From Planctomycetaceae bacterium (GTDB lineage: Bacteria > Planctomycetota > Planctomycetia > Pirellulales > UBA1268), in the NCBI GenBank assembly GCA_046075685.1, contig JBJTQP010000191.1:1-61323 (forward strand): a stretch of DNA of 61,323 nt, written 5' to 3'. This document shows positions 16,378-25,718 of the stretch, piece by piece. Both the position numbers and the translations under genes were made by a program. The first letter of the stretch is position 1. Each line of letters begins with the position of its first letter. The notes beneath the pieces are model-generated. The model saw only the letters and a program-made list of their open reading frames with translations. It was not told the origin of the DNA and made no database searches.

Positions 16378-18152
16378 ACGTGGCCGTGGCGGCCGTGATG
16401 ACGCTCATCGGGCTCACGGCCGCCGGGGGCGTTGCGGCGGCTGCTCCGCCCACGGCGGCGGACGTCGGCCGACTCGTGAAGGCGTCGGCCACGCGACCGT
16501 CGGTGCATGCCGACCGCGACCAGATCGACGCAACGCTGCTCGAGTCGGGCGTGACCCGCGACACGCTGCAGGATCTGTGGCACGAGGTCGACGCCGCGAT
16601 TCTGCCCGGCATGGGAAGCCGCCTCGACGGCTTCCTGTTTCAGACCCGCGACCCCCGCTGGCGACCGCTCCGCGATCGGTTCGCGGAGTTCCTCACGCTG
16701 ACCGGCGTCGAGCAGGTGACGAAGCCGGTCGCCTCGCGGCTGAAGCACTACGGCGGCGTGATCTCGTTTCCCGACGTGGTGGATCTCGACGCCGAGTCGG
16801 CCCGCAGGCTCCGCGGCCTCGGCGCCGAGGACTGGGGCACGGCCGTCGAGTTTCCGGCCGTACGCACGCTCTCCGCCGCGACGGCGGCCGCCATCGCCCG
16901 CTGTGGAGGGTTGGTGGTGTTTCCGGCACTGCGGGAGTTGCCCGCCGACGTCGCCGCCGCCCTCGCCCGCCACGAGGGCACCGGCCTAGTGCTCGGCGGC
17001 TTTCCACGCCTCCAAGCCGATGCGGCCGAGGCGCTCGCCCGCTGCCAGTCGATGCAGGGGTTGCTGCTTCCCGACCTGGAGAGCCTCGACTCGATCAGCC
17101 TGGCGCGGCGGCTGTCGGCACAGGACAGCGTGTTCCTGCCGCGGATCGCGCGGCTCACTCCCGAGGTGGCCGAGGCCCTGCGGGGCAACGACGGCGGCAT
17201 GCTCGCCCTGCCGGGCCTGAAGGAACTGCCGATCGACGTCGCGCGGCTCCTGGTCGGCTCCGGCTACTACGGCATCACGCTCGGCGGGGCAGCCACGCTC
17301 GACAGGGACACGGCCGCCGTGCTTGCTGGCCAGCCCGGTCCGCTGACCTTTACCGGCACGAGTTGTCCGAGTCCCGACGTCGCCCGCTCGCTTGACGCCC
17401 ATGCCGGCGAGCTCATCTTCGCCCATGTGCGCGGGCTTCCGGCCGATGTCGCCACGGCCCTCGGCGGCAGCGACCACCTGCTGGTCCTGCCGGGCGTGAC
17501 CCGCCTCGACGCGGCCGACGCCGCAACGCTGACCCCCGTCGGCCCCCTGGCGCTGCCTGGGCTCTCGTCGCTGGATGCGGCCGCGGCGCAGCCGCTCGCC
17601 GCCCATCGCCACATGCTGCAGCTCGGCGGCCTCCGCACGCTCTCGTCCGCGGCCGCACGGGAGCTCGCAGCGCACCCCGGCGACCTGATGCTCTCGGGTC
17701 TCACGTCACTCGATGCGGCCACCGCTGCCGCGCTGGCTCCCTGCCGGGGCCACCTGCATCTCGACGCGGTGGTGCGACTCGAGCCGGCCGCCGCCGCGGC
17801 GCTGCTCGCCCGCGACGGCCCCCTCTCCATTTCGGGGCTGCAGGCGACCACCCAGCTCGACTCGGTGGAACTCGCGCGGCTCATCGCGTCGCGGATCGAC
17901 GATCCCGTGCTCCCGCTGGTCACCGCCATCGACGGCCCGGACGCGGTGGCGATTGCGAAGGCGGTCGCCGCCAGCCGCGGCGTGGTGTCGCTGCCCGGCC
18001 TGGAGCGGATCACGTCGCGGGCTCTGGCCGCCCTCTTGCAGCGGGCCGACCTCGAGATCCCCGCGGTGGCCGACCTCGAGGTGGTGCCGGATGGCGACGG
18101 CGGAGCCGACGATTACGCTGTGCCGGAGCAGCGTCCTCGGGCCGTCCCGTGA
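16374..18152 (+). CDS. Secreted repeat protein with about 20 tandem ~24-residue Leu/Ala repeats (LRR-like)
   Basis: The ATG at 16374 gives the signal-like N-terminus MNVAVAAVMTLIGLTAAGGVAAA. A periodic pattern (L.LPGL..L....A..LA.h.G.L) runs across about 450 aa. The upstream 432 codons of the 1024-aa ORF in the track are shadow frame. Confidence 0.7.
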   Translation: MNVAVAAVMTLIGLTAAGGVAAAAPPTAADVGRLVKASATRPSVHADRDQIDATLLESGVTRDTLQDLWHEVDAAILPGMGSRLDGFLFQTRDPRWRPLRDRFAEFLTLTGVEQVTKPVASRLKHYGGVISFPDVVDLDAESARRLRGLGAEDWGTAVEFPAVRTLSAATAAAIARCGGLVVFPALRELPADVAAALARHEGTGLVLGGFPRLQADAAEALARCQSMQGLLLPDLESLDSISLARRLSAQDSVFLPRIARLTPEVAEALRGNDGGMLALPGLKELPIDVARLLVGSGYYGITLGGAATLDRDTAAVLAGQPGPLTFTGTSCPSPDVARSLDAHAGELIFAHVRGLPADVATALGGSDHLLVLPGVTRLDAADAATLTPVGPLALPGLSSLDAAAAQPLAAHRHMLQLGGLRTLSSAAARELAAHPGDLMLSGLTSLDAATAAALAPCRGHLHLDAVVRLEPAAAAALLARDGPLSISGLQATTQLDSVELARLIASRIDDPVLPLVTAIDGPDAVAIAKAVAASRGVVSLPGLERITSRALAALLQRADLEIPAVADLEVVPDGDGGADDYAVPEQRPRAVP

Positions 18153-18178
18153 CCTCGGGGGTGCCCGCTCTCCGCCTG

Positions 18179-19285
18179 CTACTGGGCGGCTGCGGTGGTC
18201 ACAACGCGGCCGCGGGCGGCCTCGATGTTCCGCCGGGACGACTCGTGGGAGGGATCCCGCTTCAGGGCTTCCTGGTAGGAGCCGACGGCCTCGGGAAACC
18301 GCCCCTGCCGCGCCTGCGCCACGCCGCGGTTGAACCAGGCCCGCACGTCCTTGGGGTCATGCCGGATGGCCTGGTCGAAGTCGAACTCCGCCTTCCGCGG
18401 CTGGCCGGTCTGCAGGTAGGCCAACCCACGGTTGAGATAGGCGAGCATGTATGTGCGATCGCGGCGAACGCTTGACGCGTAGGCGTTGATCGCCTCCAGC
18501 GGCCGGCCGAGTTCGACCAGGGCCAAGCCCCTCCAGAGCTCAGGCCGTGGATCGTCGTAGGCGATCCCAGCGGCGTCCTCGAAGTCTTCCAGCGCGATGC
18601 CGTAGAGGCCGAGGTGAAACCAGGCGATGCCTCGCCGCAGGTAGAGTTCCGAGTCCTGCGGGTCGATGGCGAGCCCCTTCGAGCAGGCGTCGACGCAGCC
18701 CTCGTAGTCACCCAGCCGTCGCGACGTCACGCCCAGCGCCAGGTAGGCGAGCGTCATCTTCGGATCGAGCCTGATGACCTCGCGGATCTTGGCGCGTGCC
18801 TCCTCGAGCTTTCCCGCCTTGTCGAGTTCCTCGGCTTCCTGCAGCAGTTTCTCTGCAGGGGTCGGCTCCCAGGCGTCGCTGGCGGAGTCGCGCATGCTCG
18901 GCCGCGAACGCGTCGGACGGGCGGCAGCCTCGCCGGGCACCGTGGTCTCCGGAAACGGCACGGGCAGCTTGGTCCGCGCCTTGGGGCGGGTCGGCTCCGT
19001 GGCGGGCTCCGCGTCTTCCCGGGGCGGGATCGAAGGCCGCTGCGGCGCAGCGGGCTCGGCCTTCTCAGCGGCCTTCGTACCGGCGCCCCGGCCAAAGGGA
19101 TTGAGTTCGTCGGCGAACGGATCGTCCTCGGGCACGCCGGCGGCACCCGCCCCGCCGCCTTGGGCAAAGGTGGATGGGGCGACCAGGGCGGTGGCAAGCC
19201 CGACGCCGCAGGCGATGGCCAGCGGGGCAAGGCGGCAGAAGGAGAACGCGGGCGCGGGGCGTGGCACGTGGTGAGTGGTCATCAT
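18179..19285 (-). CDS. Tetratricopeptide (TPR) repeat protein, secreted
   Basis: It has a signal-like N-terminus, a Pro/Ala-rich linker, and then consecutive 34-residue TPR units (AYLALGVTSRRLGDYEGCVDACSKGLAIDPQD, LYLRRGIAWFHLGLYGIALEDFEDA, and others). Confidence 0.85.
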   Translation of the reverse strand: MMTTHHVPRPAPAFSFCRLAPLAIACGVGLATALVAPSTFAQGGGAGAAGVPEDDPFADELNPFGRGAGTKAAEKAEPAAPQRPSIPPREDAEPATEPTRPKARTKLPVPFPETTVPGEAAARPTRSRPSMRDSASDAWEPTPAEKLLQEAEELDKAGKLEEARAKIREVIRLDPKMTLAYLALGVTSRRLGDYEGCVDACSKGLAIDPQDSELYLRRGIAWFHLGLYGIALEDFEDAAGIAYDDPRPELWRGLALVELGRPLEAINAYASSVRRDRTYMLAYLNRGLAYLQTGQPRKAEFDFDQAIRHDPKDVRAWFNRGVAQARQGRFPEAVGSYQEALKRDPSHESSRRNIEAARGRVVTTAAAQ

Positions 19286-19441
19286 GGTGCGGAAGTATCC
19301 CTCGGAGGAATCGGCATTTCAAAGGTGGGAACCGGCGGCCCGGGCAGCCGATCGGTCTTGACCCCTACAACCCGCGAAACCGGCCGCGAAACCGTGGGGT
19401 GCCGCAGCCCCGGGAGGGCCTCGGTTTTTCTCGATCCGACG

Positions 19442-20542
19442 TCAGACGCGGCCCTCCAGCAGCCCGCCGAGCCGCTCCTCGATCCCGCTCTTGATCCGGC
19501 CGGCGAACAATCCCGCCATCCCGGGAACCTCGAGGCGGACGACCAGTTCCTCGGTGAGGATCTCGACGTCGGTGGCGATCGCCATGCCCATGACGTCGAG
19601 CGACAGTTCGAGCCGCCCGTCGTCCCGCCACGCGGAATCGATCGCCCCCACCTTGTCGGCATACTCGTCGCGGGCCCTGATCACGGCTTCGTCGAGTCGC
19701 CGCCGCACTTCCGCCGGCTCGAGCTGATGGGGAACGCGGACTTCGAGCTTCTTCACGGGAGAGGTTCCTGGGCGACGACCTGCATCGTCCGATTGATGGC
19801 GGATGGCTGCATTTGCGAGTGTACCCACGACCGCGGCCACATGCTCGCGGTCGACGGTCCCCATGCGACCGCCGGCGCAGGCCGCCGATCGGACGCCCAC
19901 GATTTCCGCCCCCAGGTTCACGGCCTTGGCCGCCTCCACCGCAGACAGCCGCCCGGCGAGGGCCACCCGCAGGCCGAGGTCGCGGGCCCGGGCCACCCAG
20001 TCGCGAACGACCTGCTCGCCCGCCACCTCGAACAGGCTGCCCGCCTTCTTGTCGAAGGTGTCGATGAGCACGCTGGCCGCGCCGCACTCCGCAGCGGCCC
20101 GCATCAGCCGCCGAGGATCGACCGCCCCTGCCACGCGGGCGTCGGCGTAGGCGACCGCGACCGCCTCGACCCCGCCGGGGAGGAGCGTGGCGAGTTCCCG
20201 ATAGGCGACCGCCCACCGGCGTGCGTCGAGCCCTGCCGGACCGGCCTTCACCGCGGCGGGCGCAGCACCGCCATCCGCCGACGCGGCGACCGTCGCCAGA
20301 TGGGCGACGATGGCCGGCGGACCATCCGCCAGTTCGCCGCAGGCGAGCGTCCACGGTGCCGCATCGCCCACCACGAGCCCGATCGCGGCGGCGACTGCGG
20401 CATCGGCCCGGCCGAGCGGCCCGCTGGCCGGATCCTTCACGTCGATGATCGCGGCGCCGCCGGCGACCGCCGCCATGGCCTCGTCGGGCGACCGCACGCT
20501 CACGAGCAGTCCGGCCGGGAGCCGCTCCCGCACGCGCGTCAC
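19442..20542 (-). CDS. MfnB/DUF556-like (5-formylfuran-3-yl)methyl phosphate synthase family protein fused to a PHA-granule-regulator-like C-terminal domain
   Basis: The GTG at 20542 overlaps the upstream stop (GTGA). The N-terminal ~260 aa has LLVSVRSPDEAMAAVAGGAAIIDVKDPASGPLG and LIDTFDKK, typical of the DUF556/MfnB aldolase-fold family. The last 104 aa (VKKLEVRVPHQLEPAEVRRRLDEA...GRIKSGIEERLGGLL) look like the polyhydroxyalkanoic acid system protein family. No stop separates the two parts. Confidence 0.75.
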   Translation of the reverse strand: MTRVRERLPAGLLVSVRSPDEAMAAVAGGAAIIDVKDPASGPLGRADAAVAAAIGLVVGDAAPWTLACGELADGPPAIVAHLATVAASADGGAAPAAVKAGPAGLDARRWAVAYRELATLLPGGVEAVAVAYADARVAGAVDPRRLMRAAAECGAASVLIDTFDKKAGSLFEVAGEQVVRDWVARARDLGLRVALAGRLSAVEAAKAVNLGAEIVGVRSAACAGGRMGTVDREHVAAVVGTLANAAIRHQSDDAGRRPGTSPVKKLEVRVPHQLEPAEVRRRLDEAVIRARDEYADKVGAIDSAWRDDGRLELSLDVMGMAIATDVEILTEELVVRLEVPGMAGLFAGRIKSGIEERLGGLLEGRV

Positions 20543-21123
20543 GGAGTGCCTCCCGAGGCGACGTCGCGACGGGCCTCGAGCAGCCGCGCCGCCACGTCCC
20601 GCGCCGTGGCCTGGGTGAGCGGCTCGCACCAGCGGCCATCGAGGACGATGCAGCCATCGTCCCATTCACCCCAGCCCCATGGCACCGGCCGCATCCGCCA
20701 GTCGGTCGCGCGTTCGGCAAGCCGCAGGACGAGCGTTCCCACGCGGCGGTCCCCTGCCGCCTCACCAACGCCGCCGAGCGGGGCGGATCCGGGAAACACG
20801 CATTCCACGAGGTCCAGCGGCACCCGATGAACGCCCAGCGGAGCCAGCCTCACTTCGAGCACGTCGCCCCGTCGGGTCAACCGTGGCCGCGACGCCGACC
20901 AGGCGATGCCGCCGGCGATCGCGAGGCCCGCAACCGCCGCGGCGGCCCCGAGCCCGACGACCCATCCCGGCGGGTTGACGACCGCCATCGCGATGCCGGC
21001 GACGGCGGTCGCCGCCGCTGCCGCCGCGAGCACCGCCAACCCGGGCCGCGGGTTGCCCCGCAGCCAAATCTCCACCGGAGGCCGGCGACCTGTCGATGTT
21101 TCCGCTGTGGCGGCACCTGTCAT
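20539..21123 (-). CDS. Hypothetical membrane protein (two TM helices plus a soluble domain)
   Basis: It is a 194-aa ORF with the hydrophobic stretches LAVLAAAAAATAVAGIAMAVV and VVGLGAAAAVAGLAIAGGIAW. It is translationally coupled to the MfnB-like gene. Confidence 0.6.
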   Translation of the reverse strand: MTGAATAETSTGRRPPVEIWLRGNPRPGLAVLAAAAAATAVAGIAMAVVNPPGWVVGLGAAAAVAGLAIAGGIAWSASRPRLTRRGDVLEVRLAPLGVHRVPLDLVECVFPGSAPLGGVGEAAGDRRVGTLVLRLAERATDWRMRPVPWGWGEWDDGCIVLDGRWCEPLTQATARDVAARLLEARRDVASGGTP

Positions 21124-21183
21124 ACGATCTGCCGTGATTCGTCGCCTTCCGTCTCAAACGAGGCCACGCAAGGGTACACGCCG

Positions 21184-22749
21184 ATGCACGCCACGATCCC
21201 CACGAACTCTCCGCGGCTGGCCCAGTGGGGCATTGCGCTGGCCCTGATCGCCTACGCCGTGGCAGCCACGCTCGGGCTGCCGCAACATGGTCGCGATTTG
21301 CTCGTCGCGTCACAAGCCGCCCATGGTCTGGCGCACGATCCGGCGCACGCCACGAGCGCCGACGCCGGGGCCGCGGCGGCCCCGGCCGTCGCCGGCCCGC
21401 CGGCCGCCACGGTGATTCCGTTCGCGGTGCTGCTGGCCGCGATCGCGATCCTGCCGCTCACGCCGGCCGCAGCACACTGGTGGGAGCACAACTCCAGCAA
21501 GCTCCTCGTCTCCGGCCTGCTGGCGGCCGTGACGCTCGGCTACTACCTGCTGGGCCACCGCGAGACGATCGACCTGCACTTTCCGGCGCATGCGCTGGTG
21601 GAGCCGGCGGCGGCCGGCCCGTCGTGGGGCACCGTGGCTGCCGTGCTGGTCAATGCACTGCTGGCCGAGTATGTGCCCTTCATCACGCTGCTGTTCGCCC
21701 TCTACGTGATCACCGGCGGCGTGCGGATCGAGGGCGACCTCGAGGCCACGCCCACCACCAACGCCGCCTTCCTCGGCGTGGGGGCGGTGCTGGCGAGCTT
21801 CATCGGCACCACGGGCGCCGCCATGCTGCTCGTCCGGCCGCTCATCGACACCAACAACGAGCGGCGGCACGTCGCCCACACGCTCGTGTTCTTCATTTTC
21901 ATCGTGTGCAACTGCGGCGGCCTGCTGCTGCCGATCGGTGATCCGCCGCTGTTCCTCGGCTACCTGCAGGGCGTCGACTTCCTCTGGACCACGTCGCTCT
22001 GGCGGCAGTGGGCCTTCACCAACGGCGCCCTGCTGGCGATCTATTGGCTCTGGGACGCACTCGTCGCCTACCCGCGGGAAACGCGGGCCGACCTCGTGCG
22101 CGACCGAATCATGACGCGGACGCTGCGGTTCAGCGGCCTGTGGCCCAACCTGCCGTTGATGGGGGGCGTGATCGCCGCCGTGGCCCTGCTCGATCCCTCC
22201 AAGCCCCTGCCGGGCACGGCCTGGCACCCGTGGATCTATCTGCGGGAGATGGTGCTGCTGGCCCTGGTGGGGCTGTCGTTGCTGCTGGGCTCCGCGGAGA
22301 TCCGTCGCCGAAACGGCTTCACGTACGCCGCGATCCTCGAGGTGGCGGCCCTGTTCGTGGGCATTTTCGTCTGCATGCAGCCCGCCCTGGCCCTGCTGCA
22401 CGTGCACGGCGACAGCCTCGGGCTGGCCTCGCCGCAGGCCTACTTCTGGGCCACGGGCTCGCTCTCGTCGGTGCTCGACAACGCCCCCACCTACCTCGTG
22501 TTCTTCGAGGCGGCGGGCATCGAGCCGGCCGACGGCCTCTCGGCGGAGGAGGCTCGGCTGCTCGCGGCCGTCAGCCTCGGGGCGGTCTTCCTGGGGGCGA
22601 TGACGTACATCGGCAACGGTCCCAACTTCATGGTCAAGGCGATCGCCGAGCAGGCGGGCATCCGGATGCCGAGTTTCTTCGGCTACGTGGTGTACAGTAT
22701 GGGGGTGCTGCTGCCGGTGTTCGCCGCCATGGCGTGGCTGTTCGTGTAG
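21184..22749 (+). CDS. Ion transporter superfamily permease (putative sodium:proton antiporter / ArsB-NhaD-like)
   Basis: The ATG at 21184 gives a 521-aa polytopic membrane protein with about 12 hydrophobic helices. Its end is typical of this permease family (NGPNFMVKAIAEQAGIRMPSFFGY). The upstream part of the 640-aa ORF is shadow frame. Confidence 0.8.
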   Translation: MHATIPTNSPRLAQWGIALALIAYAVAATLGLPQHGRDLLVASQAAHGLAHDPAHATSADAGAAAAPAVAGPPAATVIPFAVLLAAIAILPLTPAAAHWWEHNSSKLLVSGLLAAVTLGYYLLGHRETIDLHFPAHALVEPAAAGPSWGTVAAVLVNALLAEYVPFITLLFALYVITGGVRIEGDLEATPTTNAAFLGVGAVLASFIGTTGAAMLLVRPLIDTNNERRHVAHTLVFFIFIVCNCGGLLLPIGDPPLFLGYLQGVDFLWTTSLWRQWAFTNGALLAIYWLWDALVAYPRETRADLVRDRIMTRTLRFSGLWPNLPLMGGVIAAVALLDPSKPLPGTAWHPWIYLREMVLLALVGLSLLLGSAEIRRRNGFTYAAILEVAALFVGIFVCMQPALALLHVHGDSLGLASPQAYFWATGSLSSVLDNAPTYLVFFEAAGIEPADGLSAEEARLLAAVSLGAVFLGAMTYIGNGPNFMVKAIAEQAGIRMPSFFGYVVYSMGVLLPVFAAMAWLFV

Positions 22750-22798
22750 CAGACGAGCCTTCCTTCTCGGGCCGACGGCGAACCCCCGGCCCCCGCAC

Positions 22799-24004
22799 AT
22801 GACCGCCCGCACCGCCGACGCATTCGAGGTCGTCTCCACCGACTCGCAGCTGCACGACCTCGTCGACCGCCTTTCCCGTCACCCGCACGTCTGCTTCGAC
22901 ACCGAGTTCGTCTCGGAGCACACCTACCGCAGCCAGCTCTGCCTGCTGCAGGTGGCCGCGCCCGGCATCCTCGCCGTCGTCGATACGCTCAAGGCCGGCG
23001 ACCTGGAGCCGTTCTGGCGGCTGCTCGCCGAGCCCGGCCGCACCACGGTGGTGCACGCCGGCCGCGAGGAGTTCGGCTTCATCCTCCACGCGATCAAGAC
23101 GCGGCCGGCGAACCTGTTCGACGTCCAGGTGGCTGCCGGCCTCGTCGACCACGACTATCCCGCCGGCTACGCCTCGATCGTCCGCCGGTTCCTCAACCTG
23201 CCGACGAACAAGGGGGAGACGCGGACGGACTGGCGGCAGCGGCCGCTCACGCCGGCGCAGCTCGCCTATGCCGTCGACGACGTCCGCCACCTCGAGCAGC
23301 TCTGGCAGAAGCTCGAGCGGAAGCTCGAAGGGCTCGGCCGGGCGTCGTGGATGGAGGAGGAGATGGCCGCCTGGCAGGACGACGTCGAAGAATCGTTCAG
23401 CCGCAAGCGGTGGCGGCGGGTCTCGGGGCTCAACGGGCTCTCGCGCCGCGAACTGGCGATCGCCCGCGAGCTCTGGCACTGGCGCGACGCCGTCGCCGAG
23501 CAGCGGGACATGCCGCCCAGGCGGGTGCTGCGTGACGACCTGCTCGTGGAGCTCTGCAAGCGGAAGAGCGCCGACGAGCGACAGATCTCGGCCATCCGCG
23601 GGATGCAGCGGTCGGATCTCCGCCACATCCTCAGGGGCCTCTCGGAGGCGATCGCCCGCGGCCTCGAGCTGCCCGAGGAGGAGTGCCCCGGCGGCGAGCG
23701 GCATCGCACCCCGCCGCCGCAGCTGGCGATGCTCGGGCAGTTTCTGGCCACCGCCGTGGCCGGGATGTGCCGCAGCGAGCAGCTCGCGCCGGCACTGGTG
23801 GGCACGGCGAGCGACATGCGCGACCTGCTGGCGTACAAGCTCGGCTACCACGACGACGACCGCACGCCGCTCCTGGCCTCGGGCTGGAGGGCGGACATGG
23901 TGGGCACGCTCGTCGACGACCTCTTGGCAGGCCGGGCCGCCCTCCGGATCGGCGACATCCGGTCGCACGACCCGCTCGTGATCGAGCGCCGCGACGGTCG
24001 CTGA
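22799..24004 (+). CDS. rnd: Ribonuclease D (DEDD 3'-5' exonuclease plus HRDC)
   Basis: The ExoI motif is VCFDTEFVSEHTYRSQLCLLQVA. Further on are RPLTPAQLAYAVDDVRHL and an HRDC-like segment, RELAIARELWHWRDAVAEQRDMPPRRVL. Confidence 0.9.
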   Translation: MTARTADAFEVVSTDSQLHDLVDRLSRHPHVCFDTEFVSEHTYRSQLCLLQVAAPGILAVVDTLKAGDLEPFWRLLAEPGRTTVVHAGREEFGFILHAIKTRPANLFDVQVAAGLVDHDYPAGYASIVRRFLNLPTNKGETRTDWRQRPLTPAQLAYAVDDVRHLEQLWQKLERKLEGLGRASWMEEEMAAWQDDVEESFSRKRWRRVSGLNGLSRRELAIARELWHWRDAVAEQRDMPPRRVLRDDLLVELCKRKSADERQISAIRGMQRSDLRHILRGLSEAIARGLELPEEECPGGERHRTPPPQLAMLGQFLATAVAGMCRSEQLAPALVGTASDMRDLLAYKLGYHDDDRTPLLASGWRADMVGTLVDDLLAGRAALRIGDIRSHDPLVIERRDGR

Positions 24005-24213
24005 TCGCTGCACCTTGCACTTTTTGGTATGCCGCGATGGTCCGGCGCGGGGCGAGAAGGCATTACGCCCGAGGGCCCTGGGCTGTATAACCTCTGGTGG
24101 CAACGCTGCCAGTTCACGAGGATCGCAGCCAGGTGCGGAGGAGGGTGTCGATGGGCGGGGGTTATTCGACGTCGATCGTGCATCCGGCCGCCGGATCGTG
24201 GGCTGCGGACGCG

Positions 24214-25176
24214 ATGCCTGCACGATCTCGCGGTTTTACGTTGGTCGAACTCCTCGTCGTGATCGCGATCATCGCCACGCTGATCGGCCTGCTGCTGCCT
24301 GCCGTGCAGACAGCCCGCGAGTCGGCCCGCCGCGCGGTGTGCACGAGCAACCTTCGCCAGATCGGCCTCGGCATCCACGGCTACATGAACGCCAAGAAGA
24401 TCCTGCCCTATGGCTCATATTTCAAGAACTCGAACTGCTCGCCGCCTTCGACCTGCCGAGGCGCCGGCATGGGGCTCATCCTGCCGTGGGTCGAGCAGGA
24501 GACGCTGTTCGACGCCATCGACTACGACAACATGTCGATCGCCGTCGACAACATGACCATTCCCGGCACCTCGCAGCTCATCAAGGCCCAGTCGATCGCC
24601 ATCTACATCTGCCCGAGTGACGACCGCCCGCTCGTCGACCCGACCGCGCAGACCGCAGCCACCAACTACACGGCCAGCAGCGGTCCCACCGCCCACTCGG
24701 ACAACCCCAACTGCTCGTGCCAGCAGGCCATGTCGCTCAATTCCTATCAGATTCCGGCCTATCCGCCATCGCTCTACGGCAAGCCCGACCAGCACTCCGG
24801 CCCCTTCAATCGCGCCGGCATCGCCTTCAAGCCTTCCTCGGTGATCGACGGCTTCTCGAAGACGATCTTCTTCGGGGAGATGCGGCCCAAGTGCTCGAAT
24901 CACCATTCCCGCGGCTGGCTGCCGTCGAACAGCGGCCAGGGCCTGACGAGCACGCTGATTCCGATCAACTACGACACCTGCGACCCTTCCGCGACGGACA
25001 ACTGCCGGAAGACCTGCAACTGGAACTATGAACTCGGCTTCCGCTCCAACCACCGCGGTGGCGCGGTCTTCCTCCTCGGCGACGGGTCGGCACACTTCAT
25101 CCAGGACACCATCGACCACAACGTGTATCAGCTGCTCGGGGCCAAGGCGGACGGGCAATCCGTGAAGGTTCCATGA
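24214..25176 (+). CDS. DUF1559 domain protein with a prepilin-type N-terminal cleavage/methylation motif
   Basis: The ATG at 24214 gives [40 protein letters not shown], and the C-terminal motif is [15 protein letters not shown]. These are the classic planctomycete DUF1559 signatures. Confidence 0.9.
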   Translation: MPARSRGFTLVELLVVIAIIATLIGLLLPAVQTARESARRAVCTSNLRQIGLGIHGYMNAKKILPYGSYFKNSNCSPPSTCRGAGMGLILPWVEQETLFDAIDYDNMSIAVDNMTIPGTSQLIKAQSIAIYICPSDDRPLVDPTAQTAATNYTASSGPTAHSDNPNCSCQQAMSLNSYQIPAYPPSLYGKPDQHSGPFNRAGIAFKPSSVIDGFSKTIFFGEMRPKCSNHHSRGWLPSNSGQGLTSTLIPINYDTCDPSATDNCRKTCNWNYELGFRSNHRGGAVFLLGDGSAHFIQDTIDHNVYQLLGAKADGQSVKVP

Positions 25177-25643
25177 CCCGGGGCCCTCTCTTCGTGCCTC
25201 CGCGCCCTTCCTCGATCACCGCCGCCATCACGGCCCTCGTGCTGATCGCGATCGCCGGCTGCGGGCCGAAGCGACCCGCAACCGTTCCGGTTCGCGGGAC
25301 CGTCACGCTCGACGGCAAGCCGGTGGCCTCGGCGACCGTGCTCTTTCAGCCGCCACAGGGCGTACCCGGCCGGGCGATCACCGGGGGCGACGGCGGGTTC
25401 ACGCTGACCACGTTCATCGACGGCGACGGGGCGATTCCGGGGCGGCACCGCGTGGCCGTGACGAAGTTCACGATCACCGGCCTGACGGAATCGGAGGGTG
25501 GCGTGTCGGGGGCGGCGACGCCGGGGGCCGTGCGGGAGACGTGGATCACGCCTCAGAAGTATGCCTCGCTGACCGACAGCGGGCTGGAGGTCGAGGTCGA
25601 GACGGGCATGAGCCCGGTCGCGCTCGAACTCAAATCCAAGTAA
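25173..25643 (+). CDS. Lipoprotein with a carboxypeptidase-regulatory-like (Ig-like) domain
   Basis: Its start overlaps the DUF1559 stop (ATGA). It has the lipobox LIAIAGCG and a beta-sandwich signature ([23 protein letters not shown]...GGDGGFTL). Confidence 0.8.
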   Translation: MTRGPLFVPPRPSSITAAITALVLIAIAGCGPKRPATVPVRGTVTLDGKPVASATVLFQPPQGVPGRAITGGDGGFTLTTFIDGDGAIPGRHRVAVTKFTITGLTESEGGVSGAATPGAVRETWITPQKYASLTDSGLEVEVETGMSPVALELKSK

Positions 25644-25718
25644 TACGGAATCCACGTGATCCTCGCGCGTCGGCTCAGCGCCGCTGCCGTCCGGATTCCG
25701 CAGGCTGCAAGCCCGCGG

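Noticed and set aside
19365-20768. A 467-aa minus-strand ORF overlapping the MfnB-like gene.
   Set aside because: It has an Arg/Gly-rich shadow composition, whereas the alternative frame has the DUF556 and PHA-regulator-like motifs.
24097-24213. An upstream extension of the DUF1559 ORF (start at 24097).
   Set aside because: Prepilin-type leaders are short. The ATG at 24214 places GFTLVELL seven residues from the start, as expected for this family.
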